From positions 1,612,001-1,676,000 of the forward strand of contig NW_026889765.1 of assembly GCF_033153115.1 (NCBI RefSeq): a DNA stretch of 64,000 bases, given 5' to 3'. This document shows, piece after piece, positions 31,701 through 43,700 of this stretch; position 1 is the first letter of the stretch; each line of letters starts with the position of its first letter. Position numbers and translations under genes: made by a program. The notes beneath the pieces were generated by a model. That model was given only the letters and a program-made list of their open reading frames with translations. It searched no databases and was not told the origin of the DNA. This stretch comes from Saccostrea echinata (lineage: Eukaryota).

Positions 31701-34700
31701 CTCGATAACTGCTGGGGAACTCGAGGTAGCTGAACTTTGGTTTCCGCCGGAAGTAGTTGCACTTGGATAAGTCGTACTTGGAAAGGATGTCGTACTAGCT
31801 ACGGATACTGCAGACGAACTTTGGAGATTCAAAGATTGTCTGGAAAAACCATTTGTGTGGTCGAAATTCTCCGCGGAATTCACATCGATGGCCCTGCTTT
31901 CATTTTGACTGTTTGAAGCGTCAATATCTTTTCCCAACACATTGTCCACGTACAATTTCCGCAACACAGAGATAGGAAAATTGGAAGAGGCGCTTATATT
32001 AGCCTCTAACAGTTTTTCTCGTAGAACAACAGCGGACCAATTTAAATAATTTGTGGTGTCAAGAGAATCACCGGAGGTTCTTTGTCTTTTAGCACTTCTC
32101 CTGGTCGCCATTGTTGTTTTGAGATACGTTGATTTATAATATCGCAATTTCACTAATTAATGAAGTGTTTTTCCCAGAATTACATCGTCAAAAACACAAT
32201 TTAAGTACTCTGAAAGTAAATACACAAACAAACAAATCGGATGATCGATGATTATTAAGTAATCCTATGGATTAATGAAGACAATAATAGCTTGGTACTG
32301 ACACTGTCCGGGACCATCGAAAGATAAGAAATCATGTGACTAGCTATTCTTGACCTATTGACCAATGACTGATGGACACGAAAATCAGCATGTCTATTGC
32401 ATAATATTGGTAAACGTAAACAAAAGCAAAGGGGGGAAGGGCTTAGTTAGGCAAATTGTATGAAATAAACTTTGCTTAAAATTTTAATAAAATAATTTAA
32501 GCTACAAATATTGATGAGAGCTATGCAACTGCATCAAGATTTTTTGACCTTGACCTTTCCTTTGACCTTGACCTCACTTTTCTTAAATTAGTGTTTAGCT
32601 CAGTTTTAAAGAAACCATTCAGGATAATGTTATCAAACTTCATATGCTGATACATACTGATGTAGGCTACTCAACTGCATCAAGATTTTTTGACCTTGAC
32701 CTTTCCTTTGACCTTGGCCTCACTTTTCTTAAATTAGTGTCTAACTTCATTTGCTGAAACATACTGATGTAAGCTATTCAACTGCATCAACATTTTTTAC
32801 CTTGACCTTTCATTTGACCTTGACCATACTTCTCTCAATTTGTGTTTAACTCAGTTTTAAAGAAACCACTCATAATATTTTTATCAAACTTCATATGTTA
32901 ATACGTACTGATGTAAGCTTTTCAACTGCTGCATCAACATTTTTTGACCTTGTCCTTGACCTTTCGTCTTTCCTTTGACCATAACTTCATTCATTTTAAG
33001 TTAATGTTTAGCTCTGTTTTAAATAAACCATTCAAAATATTTTTATCAAACTTAATATGCTGATACGTATTTGTGAGAACTATTCAACTGCATCAAAAAT
33101 GTTTGACTTTGAACTTTCCTGTGACCTTGACCTCACAAAATTTGCATTTTGCTGTGTTTTAAAGAAATCATTTAAGATATATTTATGTAAGCTTATGCAC
33201 TTGTACATAATTTGGTGAGAATTTATCATCTATATCCAACTTTTTAGATTTCAATTTTAAAGAAACTATTCAAGATGTTCTCATCAAATTTCATACACTA
33301 ATACAAATTTTTATGTTGCATTACTAATATACCCTCGACGGGGCATTCATGTCCTCTGGACATATTTCTAATTTTACAATAAAAACCAACTCCTGTGGTA
33401 GCACAGGAAAAACAAAATAATATTTCATTTAGATTTAACACTGGCTTTAGATTATCAAAGCAAATTCTTTTTAACATAACAAATTAGTTAAGTCACAGTC
33501 AATACTATAATATTTTTTCCCCCTGATATTAAGGATGGCTATAGACAATTGGCTCAGATTCCTGCCCAGTCCTTGAAGGGAGTGATCCGTGTTAAGTTTG
33601 TCAATGAACAAGGTCTGGATGAAGCAGGGATTGATCAAGATGGTGTCTTTAAGGAGTTTCTGGAGGAAACTATATCTAAAGTGTTTGATCCTTCACTCAG
33701 TCTCTTTAAGGTATTTTACTAATTATGTTAAGTGTTTAAAAGTACCAGTGTCATTGTGTGTGTATGTTCTTGTTTTGTTTTGTTTTGTTTTTTTTTGCAT
33801 TAAATTGAATTTTTTTTTTTGAAGATTTATATCATTCTATTTTCATTTTAAAATAGGATATTTTCCCATTTGCATCAGGTAAACTTTTGTCACAGACATT
33901 TACTCAATAGAAAACAATTTTAATTGAATACATTTATAAACATATTCTTTTAGGTCACTACAGAACAAAAGTTATTTCCTTCGTCAACCTCTTTTATTCA
34001 AGAAAACCATCTTCACTTGTTTGATTTTGTGGGGAAAATGTTGGCAAAAGCTGTGTATGAGGTGAGAAAGATATTTAAAAGAACATCATAAAACTTTGGA
34101 CTTTCTGTAGATAATTTGACTTTCAATATTACGTATTATTCTTCCTTGTTTATTAGGGTATAGTTGTGGACGTGCCTTTTGCTCCATTTTTCTTGACTCA
34201 GATCCTTCAGCACCACCAGAGCACATTGTACAGTCCTCTAGATGAACTGCCTTCCTTAGATCCAGAGCTAGCAAAGAATCTATCTTATACCAAGGTAATC
34301 ATGTTTGGCTCAAGAGAATATATCTGAATAAAGGTCTAATGGACTTTGTAAACTTTTAACATCCAGATCTACTGGACCACTTTTGATCTTTGGGCTTAAG
34401 GGGATTCTGATTTGTTTGTATGAAATAAGAATAAGTGGAGAGAGAGTCATTAAATTTTTTTCTGCCAACTCACAGAGTAGGAAAAGACAAAACATATGTA
34501 AATAACTTTATCATTTAATATAGACTTATTTTTATTAGTCATAGTTTTGTAGGAATAAGTAGGATATACCGGATAATGGAAATTTTCCTCCCATCAGAAC
34601 ATGTAAGGCTGCACTGTGAAAGCATCCCCATATATATGTAGTGTGTTTGTTTAAGTAAGTCAAGACCCCCTCAGCAGGGATAGGGCCATAAAAAGATCTA

Positions 34701-37700
34701 AATCTACACGGCGATATATATACATGTCTATATATATGTAGGAGAGTTTAAAAAGATTTCCCTCTGCAGAACGGTAGGTTGGTTATGAAGAGTAATATTA
34801 ATAGCAGGCATCCCTGTATACTGCAGAATAAATTTGTTCAAGTCATGATCTTCTGAAGCTAGGATGGACCACTGTTGGGTTTCAGTTTTTTAAAACCTCT
34901 GAAATATAGAGGAAATTATTAATGAAAGAAATCTATTCTACCTATATTCTGCTATAATTAGTCAAGTTGGATGAAACCATTGTCATAGAGTGCAGTTTCA
35001 ATTTTCTCCTGCAAGAAAATGGAACCAAAACAGGGGGTTCAAAGTCTTATAGAAGTATATAAATAATTGTTTGAAAATTGTTCTCCAGAACAGCAAATGC
35101 GGAAGTAGCAAAAGAAAATGCCAGCATTCCCATACATACTCAAGTTTGTTTTAAGTTTTGATGGTTGGGTCACAATATTAAGGATTCATGCTTGTATATA
35201 AATATACAAAAGGAATTGAATGAAAATTCTTCAATATTTTTCTTCTGAAGAACAGCTTAACTGTAATGATCGTATTTGTGTGAATTTATCCTCATTATGG
35301 CTTAAAGGTTTACAATGGCATTCATAGGGCAAACTTGATTGAGAAATTTTCTCTTAATTGGTGATGTTGTGTAGATTCAAACTTGCAAGAGTTCATAACA
35401 CTAGGGTCAAAGGGGGAGGAGTTATGCTTAATTTTATGCCTTCCATGAATATGACTTGGACAAGTAGTGTTTATCATGTCTATCTTCTTCCTCCTGTCCT
35501 TGCATCTGTCCATCAATCACACTGCTTTTATCTCAGTTTCTAAGAAGCAGTTCAAGGTATATTAACTGACACTCTTACACTGAGCTATGGCATAATTTTC
35601 TGACCTTGACCTTCCCTGTGATCTTGACTTTATTATTCCCCATTTTTCAAGATATTTTATCAAAACTCATACACTGATACATAAAATGGGAACTTTCCAA
35701 CTGTGTTCATTATTTTCTGACCTTGACCTTCCCTGTGACCTTTACTTTTTTGTATTTAGCTCAATTTCAAAGTAACTATTAAAGATATTTTTATCAAGAC
35801 TCATACACTGATACATATTGGTGGGAGCTATTGAAGTATGTCATAATTTCTGACCTTGTCATTCCCTATAACCTTGACCTCAGAGTCTCTATTCCTTATT
35901 TTACATTTAACTTATTTTCAAGGAAATGATTCCTGATATTAATGTCAAACTTCACACAAATATAAAAATTGATGAAAGATATTCAACTGTGTCAGAATTT
36001 TCGGACCTTACCTTGTCCTGTGACCTTGACCTCACCATTAATCACCAAAGGCTCAATGAGCTAATGCTATGGTCATTTGTGCGATGTTAGATGTGTGTTA
36101 ACTTTTTTGAATGTGGACCTATACCAAGAACCCCATGACCAATTTTTATCAAATTTGTCACAAAGTATCCTTGGCCCAAGGGCTTTCAGTTATACAAAAA
36201 TAGGGATCTGACCCTTAAACAAGAGGAAATAATGAGGGAAATAAACACAGAAGTAGTGGTTGGTAAAAATAATCTTCTCCTCATGGGGCAAGTTATCACC
36301 AACTTATGTATATGGATGAGTATATGAAGCAGATAAAAAAATATTCAAAGTTGTCATTAAGTATCCTTGGCCCAAGGGCTTTCAGTTATACTAAAAATAG
36401 GGATGTGACCCTTAAACAAGAGGAGATAATGAGGGAAATAAACACAAAAGTAGTGGTTGCTAAAAAAATCTTCTCATGGGGCAGGTTACCACCAACTTGT
36501 ATAGATGAATGAGGATATGAAGTAGATTAAAAACTTTCCAAAGCATGACCCTGGGGCAAAGGGCATGATCCCAAGGTCACTTCAAAGTTGACCTAAAGTA
36601 ATAATTTGTTAAAACTTCAACATTTTACCTCACTATAAGGCATAGGATCATCAATTCTTGTCAGTTGATGCATCTTAGGTTGGAATACGTTGACCAAAAA
36701 GTAGGTCACAGTGACCTTCTATCAATTTTATCATCATTCATTGTCAAATTCTTTGCATATCTTGGACATGGTAGCATAAGATCATTGAACTTTGTAATTT
36801 AATGCATTTTGGTTCTCAGGGTCTGATGATGAAAAAGTAGTTCATAGTGACCTACTTTCTGAATTTTATGGCTATTAATTTTCAAAGCATTTTAGCTAAA
36901 TATTTGGATATCAACTAACTAAAAATCATCACACCTTTTCAGTTAATACATCTTAGGGCCTTGGGGTAACTAAAAAGTAAATCACTGTGACTTACTTTCT
37001 TAATCAGTGCTCAGTTTACATACTTGTGTATATAGCAGGGTCTAAACTCCAGGTTCAATTCTCTCCTGACTACACCCTATTTCACCTATAATCCTTATAA
37101 TCGTTTTCTAGCAGAAAATGCTCCCAAAGAGCACTTAAATTAAAAACATTTTTATTCTCAATGTTCTCAATATGACAAGCAAAAATAGAGATATTTTGAT
37201 AAAAAAAACAAATATACTCGGAAAAAAATCACATTTGGAGAACTATTTAATATATTTAACAATGTGGCACTCTCCCTTTCCATCATCCCCTTGTCCCACC
37301 CACAGTTTTCCCTCTCTGTCCAGACATACTCCCCTGGGGCTCTGTAAGCCATATTTGTCACTAAGAAGATTCATCAGAAATTTGCCATCTTTATCCAGAA
37401 GCAACACAGAATTGTTCCCAAAGTCAGAGAGAATAATGTTCATCAAAGAATCACAGCAAACACTTCTAGGGAAAAAGAATTGTTTAGTCTCCTCCAGACC
37501 TTTGAATTTCCACTGGAGTGTTCCTTTAGTGTCTATGGCAGTGACATAGTGAGTTTGGAGGTGGTCGTCTAGGACAATGTAGTTTTCATCACCATTTTGA
37601 GCTACTCGATTGGGAGCATTGAGAAGATGGTTGGCAATATCTCTGCTATTTTGGTACTTGTCCCCAAAGTAAATTCTTAGACTACCAGTCAATCCTGAGA

Positions 37701-40700
37701 TGCAGACGACAAGTTCTTGTCTGTTGTTCAGGCACATGCCCTTTGGGTTTGATGGAGAAGTTTTTATGAATGTTTGTGGCTTTCCTTTGTTCTCAATTTT
37801 CCAAATGCAATGGTTGAACCTGTCTGATGCAAGAAGGCAGTCTTTTTTTAAGAGAAGGAAACACTCAGGTTTGAACTGCAGGTTCAGGTTCTCCATCTCC
37901 ACTGCTGTGCCTTTTTCCTGTTTATATGAATATTTGGTAAGCAGTTTTTCATCATGGAAGCTTACCCATACTTCATTGGCTGAACAGGCTTGGATATTTG
38001 ATACTGGAAGTTTGCAGGAAAAACTGCTGTGCATACTGACTTGCAGAATACTGCCAACCATACGTTTTAGAGTTCTTTCTGATATTTCAGCAGGAAAAAA
38101 TCTGGAAGGTATTGGCATGGACAGTGTTGGAGGTGTAGCAAGAGAGTCCCTCAGATGAGGGAGTGTGTCAAGAAATTCCTTGATTTCCAATATTCCTTTT
38201 TCTGACATTCCCTCACTCTTTCTGATTTCATCTTCAATTTCCCACTTTCGTGTAACTATTTCTTGCAATTCACTGTTTATTTGATTGCTGTGAGCTGCAA
38301 GGGTTGTTTGGACGGATTCTATCATGTCATCGCACAAATTATCAACCATTGTTTTCAGCATTTCTCTCTGTCCATTAATTGTCATCTTCACAGCAACTAT
38401 TTCTGATTCATAACTGCCCCTTTGTGCTTTAGCCTGGTCTTCCAAAGCCTGATAAACTGGACAGATATTCTCTCTCCAATGTTTGGTATACTTGATTACT
38501 TCTTTTATTTTCTCATCTTTGGCCTGATTGATACTTGAATACTTGTGTCCGTTATGGGAATCAATCAAGCAATCTCTACAGATTGGAATGTCACACATCT
38601 TACAGTGGACAGCATAGAATTTGAAATGTTCAGGGCACTTTGACTCGGCCATGGGGAGGACCATATGATCATCTTTGACTTGCTGTGGATGGTTCTTCCA
38701 GCATTCTGCACACAGTTTTTCTGCACAGTCTACACAGTATGCTGGCAGACTCCTGTTTACACAACAGATACCACACTTCAGAAGATCCTGTGGGGTGCCC
38801 ATTTCTGCAATAAAATGGAGTAAATTTCATGACTTATTCCTCAAATTCATACGAATGATACCTTTGTTTTGCAATAAGCAATGAAGGTACATGTACCAAG
38901 TACTGTGGTAGCATGTCTGTGTATCTACATGATACTTGTTTCTGGTAGGAAATACAAGTACAGTTTGATTTATGACTATATATGTACATCACTGTAGCAG
39001 GTGGACTTCACCCACAAGATGTCAAAACATAATATTAAAAAATTGTTTAGTGTGTTCTGATATCAAATACAGGTTAACAACTTTACAGATATTTTGTATG
39101 AGTTAAGAATGAACATGAACATTAAGTGTATCTATATTTACATAAAAATAATTATAATATTATTTAATTGTAAGTTAGAAAATACCATCAACACATCACC
39201 TATTTGACACTGTCTGAAAGATTAACGGATCCTACTGAAATTATATTACTATTTTCTCTTGCATTTTTTGCTTAACAACAGAAAATTAGTTTAAGCTAAA
39301 ATTTTCTGAGCAGTGTGTAAAACTTCTCCAAAAAAAGCAACACAAGAAAAATAATTAATATAAAGAAGTACTTACTGATCTATAAAGAAGGATAAAATTT
39401 GGGGTCCTCCTTTAATCTGTGGTATTTGTATGTAATGTATATTTACACTATATCCTACACTTATTCTTTATCAGACCTTTGATAATAAGAAGCGAATCAG
39501 TTTTGAACATGGAGGTGTTAAGTTTGTAACCCCCTTCCCTGTTTTGTACAACTGATATGGATTTTCCAGAATTACATTTTAGATATCCACCTCCATCTGG
39601 TCATAGTCTAAAATTAGCTGCATGATCATATGACCTCAAATTTTTCAAGTGGTACAGGATTACTAAGTGTAGGTTTTCCTATCAAGCTAGTTTCTAAAAA
39701 CTTATTAATGTGAATCAGCTGGATAAAGCTTGTTATGGGTGACATATAGGACACCTCCTCCCTAAACACAGTAATTATAAAGATGCTGATCCCAATTAAT
39801 GAATAGAAATTGGTCGAATTTGTACAGCATAAAATATTTAATGCTTGTGTTTGGTAACATATTAAGTCATTTCATCGATCAGTCACTGATTTGGACCAGA
39901 CAATAGTTACAAAGATCTTGACCTTCAAGATATTGCAATGACACACTGCTCATGAAGCAAGAATAAATTCTTTTTGATGCATTGAGACATTTTCATTTAG
40001 AGATGGTTAGAGACCAGACTAATTCTTTAGGCTGAAGCTTCTGCTTGTCTTCAGTCAAGGTCAAGACATGATTTAAGTGAGAATGAATACTGCATCAAAT
40101 AATTACAGTAAACTTGTTTAGTACTAACACAGATATAGTGAGATCCCTGGCAAAATTCTTAACAATTTCTTGATTTTTATAGTTCCCTAGAGGTTAAAAA
40201 TGACAAAATATACATCTTTTATTACAATTTTTTTTAAGAATGCAAAATCTAAAATAATGAAATGACAATTTTTCATAAGTATTTATATTTTAAATTTAAT
40301 TTATCCAAAAACTTTTAAGTTCACCTAGGTAAGTTTTTGTTATTTATTGTTCCCTGAAAATATTTGTCAGTCATACTTGAAGGGAAACGTGTACACCTAG
40401 TACAATTTCCCTATAATTACCTATTTTAATGAAATTCCTTATACAGATATAACAAATAACGCATATGATGAAGTAAATCTACAGCTCATCTAGCAAAATT
40501 TTCTGAGGAATATACATCTAGAATTTTTTTTTTCTTCACAGTCATTCTACAAAAACATGACCAATTAAGAATTTTTTATGTCGCTTAAAGATTTACCGTT
40601 GTGATATCTTAACTATAAATTTAAAGGTCGATTTCAACTCTAAGACCTTAACATACACACATGGTTTTGTAAATATTCACCGATATATATGCAGTTAAAG

Positions 40701-43700
40701 TTTTGATATGAACATAATGTAATGTTGAAAAACGCATTCCACTGCAAATCTTAATGTCGCTTCATTTATTTATAAATTTCAAGATGAAATTTTCAGCCGT
40801 AAAATCGTTCCAAATAGATTGCAATGAATGTTAAAAAATGTCTTTTATCCTATATAAAAAGAAATCAAACCACTTCTCGCAAAGAAATGCATAGATCTCC
40901 TTTCATGCGAATTTATAGGCATGTCGCTAAAACTCGATTAACTTCCGTAATGATTTTATTATAAATTTCACGCATAGAATGCAGATTTCAAAAAGAACTG
41001 AAACTTATCTGAAAGTGACCACGGAACCTTATATCATCGATTCTAGTTGCGAGTCAGCTATTTTAGACGATTACACTTTCGACATAACAAAATGAATTAG
41101 ACAAAAACAGTTGTCTCTCTTAAAAATTTAACTTCCATAATGGTAATTCAGGAAAGTTTTTGCATTAAAGGTATAAAAATTTTTATTATTTTGGGAGAGA
41201 AATGCTTTATACTTTTGTTTAATATCCAAAAACAAACTTTGATTTTGACTATTGAAGAGAATTTTAACTTTTATTGCTGGGAATTAACTTCCGTAACGAT
41301 TAACCTCCGTAACGATATTTTTCCCGAAAATTTAATTTAAATTTGGATTCATGCCAGACTTCATGAATCATACTTTAGCATTCTTTACTGATCATCAGAA
41401 ACAAAAAATTGGTCAAATTCAGCTTTATTTTAAAAATAATAAGGCTTATCAAGCAATAACTTCAGTAACATTACATTAAAATCAATGGTATCTTGAAATT
41501 GTTGTAAAAAGTTAACGATACCAGATTTGTGGACAATTCTTTGTTTTCAAGTTCACTGATATGTCCTTTAGAGAAGTATGATGTTCATTTTACTATTTGA
41601 AACAATTATTTTTTTCATGTTTCTTACTCTGAATTGGTTCCATTTATCGTAGAATGACTGTTCAATGTTTTACATGAAATAAATAGCAGGGCTTCACTTT
41701 TCAGATTCATATATATCCTTTTTTTTTTTTTTTGTGGTTGAGTTCAAATTTGTTCACACAAGGGCTCCTTGGACAAGGGTTGCTTCAATTAAGTTTTAAT
41801 ATTAAAATACACATATTGGGGAAATCTTTGAAAGCTTTTCTGATAATAACAGGACCACAATTTGTCAAATTATTATCATGTCTCCCCAAGTAGATTAAAC
41901 TTGTGGCCATAGAAGGGTAAGATAGGGCCACAAAAGATAGAAGGAATAGATTACATATATATATCGGAGGAATCAGAGGTTATTTTTTTTTACTGATAAG
42001 CCTTTTTGGAAGAAAAATATTCACAGAATTTTTAACAAGTATTAAATGGAGTCACAAGTATTGAAAATGCAGAAATTAGATTGTTTATTATTACTTAAAA
42101 GGTCACATTGCAGATATTTTGAATTTCCTAGATTGCCTGGTATGATAGTGTTTTTATGAGTTAAACTTTATATTAAATTTCAGATGAAGGATATACTTTA
42201 AAAATAAGAAGGATTTTAAAATTGAAATTAGCCTTAATAAAGGATTTAGAAATAAATGAATCAAAAATTTAGTAAAATTTGTGTTTCCATGTGTTCATGT
42301 CAACAACATTTAAAAAAAAATCAAATAACAGTAATGCATCTTTTGGGAAAAAATATACTGTAACTTATAGATCATTAATAACTACTCACCTAAAGCACAT
42401 TTCTCGATGAAAACATAAAAAAATTATTGTTAAATGTTTACCTCAACAATAGCTTGTTATCAAAGCACTTCTAGACAGATATATTCCATGGTACATGGAC
42501 TTATAAAACACTTGGCATTTCCCTTTTAATGATATTTTGTAACAATGTAATTCTACCGTATGCATCATGTGATATTTCATATACTTCCTCTTTGTATTAT
42601 TTAATGTTTACACATATAGATATTGATTTAAGCTCATTATAATTATGAATGAGTATTATGATAAATATGAGAAAGTTAAATTATCAGCACTTTAAGTATG
42701 TTAATGGCAATGATAGTGAGTTCAAGTCTGATCTCCTACAGGCAGATGTATTATACTTGATAACAGGGAATTATTGATTGTTTATTTACCCAAATAGGCT
42801 AACCATATGAGGTACCCACTTCAGTGGTAATGTCATGTTTTAATATGATAATCACTAAATAGCACATTGTTTACACTTCATTGTTCTCTCTGAATAAGCA
42901 TTGTGAAGGAGATGTCAATGACCTTGACCTGATCTTTGTTTTTTTAATTAGCATTATGAAGGAGATGTAAGTGACCTTGACCTGACCTTCTCCTGTGATG
43001 AAGACTGTATGGGGAGACTGGAGACACATGAACTTGTTCCAGGAGGGAAAGCCATGCCAGTCACCAATGAAAATAAGTAAGGGTAGTACTTGAGTTTGAA
43101 ATTCTACATTCCTACTGCTCCATTGAAATACAATGTTGAAGGTAGTCAAAGAGGCTTTTTTGCCATGGTTATTTGTTACAAGAATATCTTGTTTTAATTG
43201 TATTTGATAAAAAGAACAAGGGAAGTAAGGCACAAGAAATATCTGTACCTTTGATTTGATAAACAAATTATTTTATGATAAAAAAAAAACTGAAAAAAGG
43301 AATGCGCAAGCAATTACCGGTACTGCAGAGATTGAACCCAAACAGTGAAAATCCTGACAGTCAGTTCTGAAAGTGAGATCAACTCATTAAACAATAAGGC
43401 ACACAACCCATGACAAGCTATTTTATAGAAATAATTTCAGTATTTGTGAGATTGTAGAATTTTTTTTTAGATTTTACAGGAAGTACACACTGATGTAAGC
43501 AGACATTTTAAAGAAAATCTAGCTTAGATTATGTTTAAAGTTTTCTCTGACTATGGGTATTTTCTCCACTTATTTGTTCTTGTTCTTTGTAAAACATTGT
43601 TATGTTCTATATGTCAGGAGAGGCAATAAACAGATTCCAAGAAAAATTAATTATTTTGATTTTATAAATACATGATGGTGTTAAGGGATTGCTTTGTTTT

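Larger units (their letters stand above)
27389..32502 (-). mobile_element. Tyrosine-recombinase retrotransposon (DIRS order, Ngaro-like), full-length but degenerate
   Basis: ORF order is gag / RT-RNaseH / YR on the minus strand, with no methyltransferase domain seen. Boundaries come from interruption of a host repeat monomer (cttcatatgctggTA | ... | TAcaaatattgatg...caactgcatcaagat), accurate to a few bp. Confidence 0.92.
27223..33372. mobile_element. Helentron-type non-autonomous element with TGACCTTGA-rich internal tandem monomers, split by the YR retrotransposon
   Basis: Starts TTTTTATG..hairpin..GGGGCATATAG followed by a (CCAT/CCGT/CCTT)n microsatellite. Repeated monomers lie at 32505-33300 and it ends GGACATATTTCTAATT. 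Confidence 0.7.

Noticed and set aside
37700-38158. 152-aa plus-strand ORF, and similar short ORFs at 1277-1672, 53660-53923 and 62200-62526
   Set aside because: These are an antisense shadow of the TRIM/NHL CDS or chance ORFs in repeats, with no recognisable domains.
40621-41570. Possible Kolobok-type element (TTAA|AGG start, repeated AACTTCCGTAA motifs)
   Set aside because: I could not define a convincing matching right TIR/TSD by eye.
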